Assembly: GCA_965645245.1 (NCBI GenBank)
Contig: OZ287084.1
Location: 1,240,001 to 1,304,000 of the forward strand
Length of the DNA: 64,000 nucleotides
DNA from: Massalongia carnosa
Taxonomy: Eukaryota
Reading direction: 5' to 3'
Made by a program: the position numbers and the translations under genes. The notes under the pieces were generated by a model. That model did no database searches, had not been told where the DNA came from, and saw only the letters and a program-made list of their open reading frames with translations. Shown here piece by piece: positions 35,219 to 47,956 of the stretch (position 1 is the first letter of the stretch; each line of letters opens with the position of its first letter).

Positions 35219-35320
35219 GGAGGAGGAGGAGGAGGAGGAGGAGGAGGAGGAGGAGGAGGAGGAGGAGGAGGAGGAGGAGGAGGAGGAGGAGGAGGAGGAG
35301 GAGGAGGAGGAGGAGGAGGA
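35219..35320. repeat. Perfect (GGA)34 microsatellite
   Basis: 102 bp of uninterrupted GGA between the convergent TGL-like and SAS10 genes. Confidence 0.97.
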
Positions 35321-35612
35321 GAATGGGAGCTGTGAATGAGGAGGAGGAGAATAGGAGCTGTGAATGAAGAGCTGAGAAGCGGGGGGGTTTGGACTTGACA
35401 GTGAGTGCGAGAGTGTGTATTGATGAGAGATTTAGGGGGGTTTCAAAGGATTGAGGGATTGAAGGACTGAGAGACTGAGAGATTGAAGGAGTAGGAAGAG
35501 GGAAATGAGAAGAAGAAAATGAATGAATGACATAGTTAGGACAGAGAAGCAAGAATGAGTTCATTCATTTCTCTCAACAGAATACCGATCGTGTCTAATC
35601 CATTCTTCAATC

Positions 35613-37711
35613 TCACAACTTGATACTCCTCACCAACCCCTTTGTAATGCCAGTCTTCTCGCCCCCATACCCGCCCCTGCCCTCCCCGCCCTCCTTGTAC
35701 ACCTTCCTCACGCTCCCCAGCTTCTTCATCTTCTCCTCGTACTTCTTCCGCTTCTTGACGCGGGGGTTCCGCACCTCCTTTTTCCGCCGGGGCGCCAGGC
35801 CTTTGTTCTTCTCGATCGCGTACGTGATGGCGCGCTTGCCGTCGGCCGTCATCTGGTTTTCGTCGCCCTCGTGAGGTTGGTGCGAGCCGAGGAGGGCTTC
35901 GTTTGTGGAGGCGGCAAGGGCGGCTTTTTGAGCTTTTTTGGCGCTCGATCGGGCGGTTACGACGCCGTAGTAGTCTTCCTCCTTCTCACCTTCACGCAAT
36001 TCATCCGCAGCGCGCCGATCTTCCTCGTCGCTTTCTCCACCCAGAGCCTCACCTTCTAGACTCCGCTTCCCCTTCTTCCCCCGGCCCTCCGTCTCAGTGG
36101 TCAACCGCGCCTGGCGATCCCTTAGTCGCTCCCGGTACGGCAGGTCATCATCGCCACCTGCGTTACGGCCTGCGTTGTCTCGTTTCTGCGACTTTTGCGT
36201 GATCTGCGAGGTGTAAAAGCGTAGGCTTTTTTTCCGTTTGGCCTTCTCCTCTGCTTCTTGGGCGGTTAAGGTCGTTTGCTCGCCGAAGTCGGAGGAAAAA
36301 CCGGGGGACGGGTCGCGGGATTTGGTGCTTTGAGGCGGGCGAGAAGGTTTGCGGAGAGCCGACGAAGTAGGAATGAGGGCGGAGAGGCTGAGGAGGTCTT
36401 CTTCGGTTTTTTCAATTCGAGCGATACGGCGTGCTTCGGCATCGACTTGAGCTCGAGCAAAGGCTTTTTGGGCTTTTGTTTTGCGGGCTTTCTTCCGCTT
36501 TTCTTTCGGTTGTGTTAATTCATTATGGTCCTTGGCTATAGATTTCTGGTCACGCTTTAATGAAATACCTCCGTTTGATAGATTGTGAAAGCCGTTGAAT
36601 GAGGCATGCTGTTCTGGCACAGATATATGCTTGACCTTTCCCCAAAGATCTCGACATTGAACCAGTGTTTCCATGACGGCATGGTCATGGAGTGTTGTTG
36701 GTGACATGGTAGTATTTCCCTTGTTTTCATCCCCAGCGTTTGAGGTGAGGAGTGCAAAATACATGCATAACGCAGCGAGGTATGCGCCCAGCGCACCCTG
36801 CTTCAATATTGCAATCGATGGCTTTTCCCCTTCTGCGCCAGCTGACTCGTCCCCATTAAGTTTGGATTGAGCTTGTAGCTGTAATGCTGTTGTAGCTGAA
36901 GCTGCAACTTTCAGGTCTTCATGCAATGCTTGCAAATCCACAAATTCCTTAGCTAAAGGTTCGAATTCCGGATATCTGGTTTTCAGAATCTTAAGCCGTT
37001 CTTCAGGCCCCATGGCATCCGTGATCTCGAGTTGCGGAAGGATCTCCACAGTAACATCCCCGCTCCCGTTATCGTCTCCCTCTCCGATACCCCCTTTGCC
37101 TGTTTCTAGCCAGTCTACCTCGTCAAAGCCAAAGTCTTCCTCCGTCAGACCCTGTAGTTGCTTTTGCTGTAATCTTCGAGCCTCTGCTTCTTCCTCCAAC
37201 GCATCAGCCTCCGTTTCAATCGCGTCGGCATTATAGTAGTCCTTTTTGGATGTGCCCCATCCACCAACATCGTCGTCTTCTTCGGCCTTGGCAGAGGCTT
37301 CGCTATCCGATTCATGGAGCGCAATTGAACGCGGGTTTGACCTCTTTGACTTTCGGACAGGGTCATTATCATCCTGATCTGTCTCATCAAATTCCGATAG
37401 ATCTGGGGATTCGGCCAAGATTTCTTCATCGGAGAAGTCGAGATATTCCTCTTTGTGGAGCTTTGGTCAGTCTAGATCCTGCTTCGAGGAGCTTTGTCAA
37501 TGCATCTCGTACCATCTTCCTGCGCCTGTCTCTGTCTCTTTTGCGCCGGACCCTCTTCTAACAATATTTTATCTCGATTGATAAAGAATTCATCCTCTGA
37601 ATTCGCCACATCTTGATACGTATTGACTTGCAGCTTACTGCTTTTTTCAGAGACATCATTCGATTTATCTTGACCAAATGGTCGACCTCCAGCTTTCCGC
37701 TTCTTCCCCAT
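35613..37711 (-). CDS. SAS10: Small-subunit processome component Sas10/Utp3
   Basis: Exon 1 MGKKRKA...DSEDEF-like acidic segment, short intron, exon 2 with WGTSKKDYY, RKKSLRFYTSQI, GGDDDLPYRER and the Sas10 C-terminal domain KRAITYAIEKNKGLAPRRKKEVRNPRVKKRKKY...YGGEKTGI. Confidence 0.95.
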
Positions 37712-37894
37712 GGTTGTGCAGTGATGAATAGAATTATAAATGAGGAAATACTTTTAGATTTCAAAAAGTTCGTGCGGTTTGCTTCGGAGCTGGCAAGATG
37801 TGCCGAGAATCCTGAACCTCAAGCCTTGGCACTAAAGTGTGCGTTCACAGAAACCGATCATACAGGATCAGATCAAACTGCAACTCTAATCTCA

Positions 37895-39062
37895 ATGCCA
37901 ATCGATTGGGTTTGGACATCGAGCTTGCTCTGCATCTTCGTCGGGATCCCTGTTATCAATAGAATGGGCGGTTTCCCCAGCAAAAACCACTTCCCCGTTG
38001 ACGGCCGAGTCTGTTCACCCCAACATCTCCAAAAAATCTACTCACAAACCCCCAGACTGTATTGATCACAGGCGGATCGCAAGGCCTGGGGAAAAGCGCC
38101 GCATGTATTCTCGCGCGAAGAGGAGCCAACATCATAATCATCGCGCGCAACATTGAAAAGCTCCAGAATGCCGTGAAAGAAATCTCCGTACCTCCCCCCC
38201 TCCAAACCCACCTCCCCAGCTGCTTGAACCATCTAACGCAAAAACTTTACAGGAATGCGCCATCCAGCCATCCCGCCAGCGCTTCCACCACATCAGCGCA
38301 GACCTCACCAATCCTTCCGAAGCCGCCCGCGTCATCGATGAAGCCACAACCTGGAACGATAACCGCCCCCCTCCCATAATCTGGTGCTGCGCCGGCGTCT
38401 CTATCCCGGGCCTCTTTGTCGACACCCCCCTCTCCACTCTTCACGACCAGATGAACACCAACTACTTCTCCGCGGCGAATGTCGCCCACGCCGCACTGCG
38501 AGCCTGGCTCCGCCCTCCTCAAAACCGTCCGTACATTCCCAACCAGCCAGCACACCACATCATCTTTACCGCCTCCGTGCTGGCGTTCTACCCCATCGCT
38601 GGCTACGGCCCTTACTCGCCCGCCAAAGCGGCTCTGCGTGCCCTCGGCGATACCCTCTCCCAGGAACTCCAGCTCTACCCATCCCCCCCCCACCCAGTCG
38701 TGAAGCCGCACGTTCTCTTCCCCGCCACTATCTTCTCGCCCTCGCTCGCCGCCGAGAACGCCGCTAAGCCGGCCGTGACGCGGAAGCTCGAGGAGGACGA
38801 TGGCGGCCAAACCCCCGACCAGGCGGCCGCGAGCTGCATCCGGGGCTTGGAGCAGGGGCGCGAGATAGTTACCACGGGGTGGTTGGGCTGGGCCATGGCT
38901 GCGGGCATGTTGGGGAGTAGCAAGCGGGCGGGGTGGGGGGTTGTGGATGCGATGGTGGGAGCGGTGGTAGGGGTGGTGATGCCGCTTGTGAGGCGGGACA
39001 TGGACGGCACGGTGCGGCGGTGGGGGCGCGAGCATGGGGTTGAGGGGGATGCCAAGGGGTGA
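37895..39062 (+). CDS. TSC10: 3-ketodihydrosphingosine reductase (SDR family)
   Basis: N-terminal TM, KNHFPVDGR then TVLITGGSQGLGK across an intron, IIWCCAG, QMNTNY, catalytic YSPAK, FPATIFSP, ENAAKP and a C-terminal hydrophobic segment. Confidence 0.9.
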
Positions 39063-39938
39063 TTTCGGTGGAGGAAAAGGGAAAGACATGAAGGAGGCAA
39101 ATGAGCCGGATTTCGTCTACTTCGCTGTCTATACATCCCCTTCCTCCCTTTTTTCGGAAAGGAATTACATTACTAACTCCAACAATCTGCCCCATTCGCA
39201 GCAACAGGAGCAAACCGCATCAAATTTCCCACCACTCCCCCTCATTCTCTCCCAAAAATAAATACCTACAACAACCAATTCATCAATCCATCCATCCACT
39301 CACAATCTCCCCTCCCCTCCATTTTCCCATTTTTCATTTCCCTAAACGTCCAAAAACCAGCCCTAATTATACAGTATACAGGCACAGAGACAGAGAGCCT
39401 TCACAATCCGTGTTGACCCAAAATAATAATAATAACCGAACAGTCTCCGAAAACCAGACACTTGGATAGATAGAGAGATAATTAAATAGACCAGGAAAAC
39501 GAGTTATATAACCTGTCCTGATGATGAAGAAAATAAGAACGATAAATATCCAAAGAGCAAGGGAAGGAGATAACGCTCTCCGAAAATCCGATAGAGAAAA
39601 CGGAAAACGGGAATAGATGGCTGTCTTTTCCGCACTTGCAATTCATTCATTCTTCTTGCTTCATGAAAGTTTTATCGTTACCGATCAGGTGGTTTGGCTA
39701 GTTGGTTGGTTGGCTGTAGAGGGAGAGGTGAGAATAGCACTCTAACGAAACCAACAAATGCTTTGCCGCCACTACGATCGCCCCCACCGTCGCTACATGC
39801 AAAAGCCTAACAAGCTTGGGTAGAGAATGCCAGACAGAGTATTGCATCAATGAACCAAGCCTTCCAGCTCCCCTTTTGCAGCTTCCAGCGCTACCCTCCT
39901 CCCCCAAAGATGCAATAAAAAAAACGAAATACGTCTCG

Positions 39939-41592
39939 TTACAGAATTAACTTCTTCTCCCTCCTCAACACGTCTGCCAGCCCCATGAGCGCCTTAGCCG
40001 CAACACCCTGCTCGCGCGCGCCACGCGGGAACTCCACCAGTGCCCTTCGGATGGCGGCGCGAGCGGCGTCGCCGTAGAAATCGATGAAACGCTGCTCGTT
40101 GCCTTCGATCATGGCCTTGAGCACGACGAAGTGCGTCGGCTGCACGAGCGCGGGGGGCACGTTGGTGATGGCCGCAAAGGCGCGCCAGTAGTGAGCCGAT
40201 GGGTAGGGGTTCTCGATCTTGACCTTGTCGTAGTTGCGCAAAGCAAGGGCGGCAAATCCGGCGCCGAGGCCCGTCATGCGCTCGCTGTGGCGCTGGGAGG
40301 AGACCCACGACGGGGTAGGGGAGTCCTTGTCTTCGCGCCACCAGCCCAGGTGCAACTTGCCATCGGTCGTGGCTTCGCTGCCGTAGATGCCCCAGAGAAC
40401 GGGACAGACAACGTGCATCTTGGCGAGGAGGATGTCGATCAGGGTGATACCGTGCCAGCGGAAGTCGGCCATCGAAAAGATGTGGCTGGCGACCACACCG
40501 ACAGGGTCGGCTGTCTTGGGCGAAACGCCAGCTTCGTTGATGAATTGCGAAACGATGGCTTTGGCGAAAATGTTGAGGAGATAGAGGAGAAGGGCTGGAG
40601 CTTGGGTGTCGGTAAGTGGCTGTGGAGGCGAGGCGAGGAACATGGTCAGGGCAAGCTTGGGCTCGGGAACCTTCAAGGCTTCTCGAAGAACGGCAATGAG
40701 TTGGGCAAGCTATTTGGATATTAGTTGGTGATGTTGTCTAATTGTACCGAGCAGGAGGGCTTACAGGGGCTCTGTTTGCGCCTTTGCCAATGGTCAGTTG
40801 CCCGACGCATTTTACAATCTCCCGACGCATGTCCCCCATCCGTGCCTTGAAATCCGGATGTTTCCCAGCCTCAGTCATCATCACCTTCCGAAGATTTTTC
40901 AAATTACGATGGATCTCGAGATAACGGTGATGCTCCGCTTCTCGTGCGGGATTTAGACTGATCTGTGGCGTTGACTGTGATGACGATGTAGCTTCGTTGT
41001 TGGCGGAGGTGGGTCGTGGAGCCGGGATGGATGTTTGGGGATTTCGTGCGGCAATTGCAGCTTCTCTAGTCTTTTGCCCGGCTTGCCGGGCAGCTTCTTT
41101 TTTCTGTGCCTCCGCATCTTGCGCGTCCTTCAGCCGCCTTGCTATCTCAGCATCTAGGAGCGCTTTCTCGGCTTTCTTCGCCTCCGCCGCGGCAGCTTCT
41201 GACCTACGCAGCTCTACAGCTCTTTTTTCCTCAAGCTCGGCTGCCTTTGCGCGCTCGATCTCTCTTCTCTTATCCGCAATCTCCTGATCTGCCTTTTCTT
41301 GACGTCTTCTCTCGAGTTCCTTGCGATCTTCTTCGTCTCTTCTTCGTCTTTCTTCTTGTAATTGTAACTCCAGCTTCTCCCGCTCTGCTTCCGCCCGCCT
41401 TCGAATGCGGGCATGCTCCGCTGCGGAAGCTGCCAAGGCATCTGTATGGAGCGCTTCTCGCTCCCGGCTTTCTTCATCGAGGCGTGCGTGGAATTTTTCT
41501 TGTGTCGAGATCCCCAGGCGGCTTAGTTCGTATAGTAGCTGTCTTGAAGGGCTATCTTTGGCGGTCTTGTAAGGGCTGGTCATAATATCCAT
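39939..41592 (-). CDS. GLE1: mRNA export factor Gle1
   Basis: Charged coiled-coil N-half (ORF 40738-41634), short intron, then a GLE1-like domain: REIVKCVGQLT, YLLNIFAKAIVSQF, ADPVGVVA, LLAKMHVVCPVLWG, GWWRE and ERMTGLGAGFAALALR. Confidence 0.88.
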
Positions 41593-41937
41593 TGCCTCGT
41601 CTTGGGACTTCAAGAAGTTTAGGATACAACCCACGCGCCCCCTCGCTTAATGGGCTCTTATAACGCAAATACGATCCAGCGATTGGCACAAATAGCGAAC
41701 GTGATGCTTCTTTGGGACAGAAGTTGAAAATCCAAGTGTTGGGTTAGTGAGTTGAGATAAAACGCGTGGAACAAAGATGTAGAAGATAACATTAAGGCTG
41801 GAAGAGGTTAGACAAGCGCAATCCTAAGAGATGTTTTGTGAAGTATGAAGGATGAGAAACGTATAACTTGGAGGTCATCCGAATCCGAAACTCATGGTAT
41901 TGTGCAACAGCTGAAAGCTCTATACCCAGTAATCGTG

Positions 41938-43857
41938 CCAAAACACTAAACCCCAACCGAGTCAGGGTCTAGTGCCCGACGGTCTACTGACACATACAGT
42001 CTACTGACGCACTTTTCCCATTTTCACTACCATTTCTGCTACAAATCGAGGACAACAACGGTTATGCAGAAACTGATTGATTATGACGCTGGTAAAATAG
42101 CTTCGCTTGTCTGGGCATCGATCTGGCGATTCTTTTATACCTTTTGTCCAGGGCAATCTGCTTCTTTTCAGCAGCTAGTGTGGCACGTTCATAGGCCAGT
42201 CTGGTCTTTTCCACCTCGTTCTGACAACGTTTCGAGGTTTTGGCCCGTACATCTCCTACAGTTATGACCCCTCCCTTCTGGGCGACCTTACCATCCAATT
42301 TTCTACGGGCCGCCTTCGCGATGGACTGTTGTTGACTGGCTCGAAGGTCCCGCTCAATAATCTGACGTGCATGCGCATTGGAAATAGAGCCCTTCACAAA
42401 TCGATTCACATGACAATCCCATTCATTGTCCAGCACGTTGTATTTCTTCAAACTCATTCGAAGGTGTAAGCCATATTCAACCACCTCTTTAGTCGTGCGG
42501 GGCGTTCTGGCGAGCAGAGGGGCTGACAAAGGTGGGGGGGTAGCAAGTCTCCGAGTTTGAATTTCCTCCAGCTTTCGAATTACCACATTGGGGTTATAAG
42601 GCACCAGACCCGTGTTTCTGAATGACGATAATATGGTAGATGAGGTGAATGTTTGATTTCGCATGCGCTGAAAAATGGACAAAAATCCAGTTTGTCGAAA
42701 TCTGCCCCTCCGAGTCGCACCATCTCGTCAATGCCTTCGGAATGATAATTTTTGAACGGCTGAAAACATCCTACATCCAATGGCTGAGTGAGATGTGTTG
42801 AATGAGGAGGCAAACGAAACAATTCAATGTGATTTCGTTTGGCATATGTAAAAAACTCATATGTCATATGAGATCCATACCCGTCCATGATCAACATACG
42901 CCAGGCCCCTACCTGACCCTTTCGACTGTGTTTATCGAAATGTTTCAACCAATCAATAGCCAAATCATCATTGGAATAGCCGGTAGGACTAGTAGTCAAC
43001 AAAACATCGTCATTCAGATCGTTTTGTTGTGTCCACTTTTCGAGAATCAAAACCCCCGCTATAATCACCATGGGGGGAATGTTTCGCCCCCCAGCACTAA
43101 TACACTCACACGAGGTGACATATTCTCTATTATCTGGATCTGTCAATAGCAAGGGCTTTCTGGAGTGAGTTGATATAACCCAATGAGCCCTGTCACAGCC
43201 AATTCGAAAGCCCATTTCATCCATGTTCCAAACGTCCTCGTCCGCTATTCCCCGCGTCTTTCGCGCAGTTCGATATGCTTCAAAATACTCGAGCCTGTCC
43301 TTTGCATTGTGCGCGTGTTTTCGCTCAGCGGCCAGAGGTTTGTGTTTTCGCTTGAAAAATTGAGGATGACGATTGAGGAAACGTTTGGTCCAGGCCTCGC
43401 TGACGTGAGGGGGGGGGATGGAGGCGTCTAAATGAGCTTCTCTTAGTAGATAATTAGCAGCCCCCCGAACCATTGAAAACCTGGCTGATTGTTCGGCTTG
43501 ATCGAGCATCACAATATATTCACAAAGGGCCAATTCTTGTTCATCAGATAAGGCCTTGTTGGGGCCAGATCGACCGATGCGCGAACCCCCTCCAGCAAGT
43601 CGTCTTTGAAGCGTACGAATGTCGACATCGAAATCAAATGGCTACTGCGCGTATACTTCGAAATTCACCCGTGTTCCACGCGTTTATAGCATCGACAATT
43701 TGATCCTCCTTATTAGAATATGAGTTAGGCATGGTGGTGGTAGATGAACGACGTGGTGAAAATGGTAGTGAAAATGGGAAAAGTGCGTCAGTAGACTGTA
43801 TGCGTCAGTTGACCGTCGGGCACTAGACCCTGACTCGGTTGGGGTTTAGTGTTTTGG
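41938..43857. mobile_element. pogo/Fot1-type (Tc1/mariner superfamily) DNA transposon with long inverted repeats
   Basis: Inverted repeats 41938-42035 and 43760-43857 (98 bp, 2 mismatches) flank a DDE_1-type transposase. An inner TA|CAGT...ACTG|TA boundary lies at 41995-41997 and 43798-43800. Confidence 0.95.
42062..43732 (-). pseudogene. pogo/Fot1 transposase (HTH + CENP-B-like HTH + DDE_1) with two frameshifts
   Basis: ATG at 43732 (MPNSYSNKEDQI). +1 frameshift at 43636-43638 and -1 at 42681-42685. Catalytic aspartates intact in VWNMDEMGF, LIMDGYGSH and LPPHSTHLTQPLDVGCF; downstream SSFRNTGLVPYNP. Confidence 0.9.
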
Positions 43858-44249
43858 TGTTTGTTTCTGCTTTGGGTTAGATCTTATTCCGATCAATCGG
43901 GTCTTACTGTAGTAGGGAAGGGGTTAGTCATTAGCGCGGTATGGAGTACAAGGTACCTTCGGTAAAACGAGGCGCCAAATTAGCCGAGCATCCCAAAGTA
44001 ACTAGATAACTCGTATGGTGGTGCAATAGTTCACACCTATCAGCCCCATGGTCCCACCCTTGCTGCGTCTGTACGCGATCATGAGACCCTAAGAAGTTGA
44101 GACTTGCATTATCGAAAATGTGCAAGGCAGACTCCGCCACCTCGAACGGTCAAACAGGTTCAGGTACTCTGTTCTCGAGAGGAGGCTCCCCAGGTGTCTG
44201 AAGATACAAAATAGCAGGTTGGTCATTCAGCTTGTGTAGATGATCCGCA

Positions 44250-46014
44250 ATGGATGAGCTCACAAAACTGATAGGTGCACCCCCTTCCACCTTCAACTAT
44301 GATAGTGGTACCATTCGCTACCAAAACTTAACAAGGCTCGATCCCAACAACTACTACCTCATCCCGCCTCCCGGAGCTCCTAAGGACACCGTGAGTGTCA
44401 AAGCGTGCGAGTTGCTTGCAGGTCCAGGCTATGGCACGTACGGGCGTGGAAATACTCTTGATGCGATTGGTACCTGGGTCGTGCCGCTGTTGGTTTTGGT
44501 TGGCAACGTCAATTACGCATCCTTTAGTTCGCACAAATATTGGAATCAGATCACCGTCGTGGTGCAATTGTTTGGAAATCCCATACATGCGATTTGGGCA
44601 CTGCTCCTAAAGCTTGATGTGAAGCGTCGATGCGAGGCGCGTTGTAGGGCAGAGCTGAAAGGTGTCAAAAATGCAGAGGATGAGATTTGGATCTACTCGA
44701 CTCTTCTTTACGCCTTAGATGACTTCGCATTTTCCGAGCGTTTCGACGACCATTTCGAGATCTTAATGTGCATTGCAAAATCTAGGCAATCGAGGAGTAA
44801 AACAGCATGTCGCCGGGCGGCCGTCCAGCTTACATTGTCTCGTGTCAACAACACCCGGAGAGCACTCTTTGCAATCTTGGGTTATTTGGCTGCCATCACC
44901 GCCAATGTCCTACGCGCAGTCTTCTCAGAAACGATACAGCTCCACATTTCACACACCATTGCCCTCAGAGAGCTCAATTTCTGGCTTATCTCTGCTATTA
45001 TCCTAAGCGCCAGAGTCGGCGGGTTTCCTTCAGAATGGGAGGCAGTTCGAGTTTTGTTAGATCTACAGTCACAATTAAAGGAGCCAAGAACAAACCAACG
45101 GCAAACAATAGGGCCAGAACGAAAGCGATATGAATTTGGTTTGAAGCGGCTGGAACCTTGGACTGGCGGCAATTATACTTATCGGCCCAAGAAAGATAAT
45201 TCGAAGGAAATCTCCGGTTTCTCGGATTACCGATTCTTAATTCTGGCTTCCTTGGCCTTTGCCAGCGTAACAATTGCAATGCTGACAAGTTTATGGATGT
45301 CTTATCTAACGCCCACCTCGGGAATAGGTGTCCGAAGTATTGTCGAGCTCAGTTACTGGGCGTGGTGGTGCTTCAATGCGGGATTGACGTATGCGGTTGA
45401 TCAGATTGGTGGCATCTCAAAAAGGAAGTGGTTGTATACCATTGGTAAAGACGGCGTATCGGCTGTTTTTACGATAGTATTTCTCTTTTCCGCCTGGTCT
45501 GGTAAGTACCTGGCTCATTTGAGTCCTAAGCTTGAAAGTATAGAGACTGACTGTATTCATAGGATGGTGGAATTCCTGCCATCATTGGTCCATGGCCATG
45601 TTTCGCAAGGAGAAGGCTTACATCGATCTCGTCAACATGAAGTCAAATATCCTTGGGCTTATGAAGAAACGTTTTCCAATAATCCTAGGGGTCGGTTTCG
45701 GTCTTCAGTTAGCCCTTGTAGCCTTCATGATCTGGTACAGCCAAGGAACCCTAACACCTCCAGCAATGAAGGCTGACGAGCCGGATAATCTATTTTTAGC
45801 GCTCCTGGACCCAGACGCTCATAGTAACCCTTCTCCTGCTAAACCACTTTCCAAACCGAAGCGGTCATGGAGGATTCTTCGACCTCAAATGTGGTTTAAC
45901 AGAAGTTCGACGCGTGCGTTTAACGAGATGAGTGCTACCATGGAAGAGGGGGAATCTTTTCAGATGCCATTACTCAACCATGAGGCAGATGCTCTACCTG
46001 GACATCTCATTTGA
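44250..46014 (+). CDS. Uncharacterised multi-pass membrane protein
   Basis: Long ORF from 44250 to the GTAAGT donor at 45502, intron to ~45562, second exon in the 45592-46014 frame. Several hydrophobic helices; no recognised catalytic motif. Confidence 0.75.
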
Positions 46015-47956
46015 TAAGATTACGTCGCACTAAACAATGGACCGGCCAATCTCGCAGCTCTCTCTTCTGTTTCCTTAACCGTTGACATGATCGGTTATAT
46101 ATATAGATCCTTAAACAATAACAAAAAAAAGGATGATTACGGCTTATGGCCCCTCTAGGCGTCTGTGTAAGCTCAACAGCTGCGATTGCTCGATGGAGGA
46201 AAACCCTAGCCGTAGAACAGTTTAGAGCATTCTAGCGAAACTTCGTTGCAGGAATCATACAATCCTTCAACATGCAAGGCTTCAACCATTCCATAATTGG
46301 CAGCACAGACACTATTCTATATATTGTATATTGTGCACAAGAACAACGGCTAGATCGTTGTACATACCGCCGTGCTCTTTATATCACTGTAAAGGGCGTA
46401 GGAACTGACATTTTAAGGACTTGCAACTGGATGCTATTCAGGAAACTGAGAACTTAGGATGTCTCTTCTCAGCCCCTGCGCATACATATAAGAACAGCTC
46501 CGCAGAGTACTGTGAACGTTCCACATGTATTGAGTAAATCTCTATCATCTTTTTTCCGTGAAGGCCAAGGATATCTTCCATGTATCTTGTATGCGCCGTT
46601 TGAACAGTGATCCAATCATTACTGACAAATGTCTCCGACCCCCCTTTATCAACAGCAGCATTTTTATATCAGCGTGATAAGCAATTGCAAGACCTTGAAA
46701 CCATTCCAGGTTTTTTTTAAATGTGCGTTCAGAAAGAAAAGATTTGAGTCAAGAGGCACTGCAAGTAACAGCTGCATATGTTTTGTACCGAGTACTCTCT
46801 AGGCCAAACGCTTTTCTCGACTCCAGCACCGCGTGTCTGCCGCCTCATGGAACATGCATGAGAATCCTATCATGTTTCGGGAAGATCCAAATCAGTGGAG
46901 TGCAGATCATCTACCAACACCCTACTGTGAATCCAAGGGGTTTGGTTCTGGGCCTTGGGTTACATGATGCACTTTCTTCATCACGATCGGTTTTCAGCTA
47001 GGCTGGTAGTGGCAAGGCCATCTGGATGGAAACGATTTTTTATTCTGTATTCGTAATGATTCTCTGAAATATACACAGACAAACCATGCCGTGTATTGTG
47101 TATATTTCATCCATTACCAATCACTCTTTCCTCTGTACAAAGTATGTCTGTACAGAGTACTTCTATACCAGTACTGGAGCATTCTTCACCCATGCTTCGA
47201 TCCTTGCAAACAGCGGGCCGGAACCCGACTGACCCTGCTTTTGCGAGGCAGAAAGAGCAAAAAGACCGAGGGATGCGAGACGGAAAGGCAATTTGTTCCG
47301 CTTCCCGTACCACAATTTAATACATCTGTACTCTGTACCCTACATCATGATCTTGTTTGTAATAAAATCACTCTAGGTAATCCGACAACTTACTCTATTG
47401 GGATCATCCTCGTCCTCATCATCATCTCTCCTCCCCTCTTCCACGTCGCTCCCTTCGCCCATACACACCCCTACCTCACCTTCCTTCTTCAACGATCCAC
47501 AGTCCCTTAGCTGCAAAGTATTCGTCACCGTCGTGACAGGTAATCCCCGACGCTCTGTCTGTTTGCTGCCTGGCACACCGTGTTCTCGACAATTATTTTT
47601 CTTGGCGGGGAGAAAACTCACGTCAACCCGCTCGCAAACGGTGTATGCAGCGCAATACGACACGTTGATTTACGACTGACTATCAGTTCTCTTCCTTTCG
47701 ATATCCTCTCCTTGCAAGTACACTTTGACGTCTTCGATTGCGACTCCCTTCTCGCATTTGGCCTTTGGAAGGAACTGACCGCACTCAACATCCCTCTTTT
47801 CATCATCGATCAGCCATACCTGGTTTCGGTAGTTGGTGCATCGATAAAATATTCCTCAACACTCGTTGGCTCCAGCGGCTCAAGGCGTAGGTCCTGTTGT
47901 GCATTCGGCTTCGTACAAACTTATCGAGAACCGCTGGCACATTTGACGATTTGACC

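Noticed and set aside
35066..35564. Poly-Gly, poly-Glu, poly-Arg and poly-Leu ORFs
   Set aside because: All are translations of the (GGA)34 microsatellite.
1..37711. MAK21, ERB1 and SAS10 as a ribosome-biogenesis gene cluster
   Set aside because: They are spread over 38 kb among unrelated genes, and no convincing shared RRPE/PAC-type motif was seen.
38247..39136. Long antisense ORFs over TSC10 (similar ones over GLE1, SSD1, ERB1 and the TGL-like gene)
   Set aside because: Shadow ORFs caused by GC-rich codon usage of the real genes.
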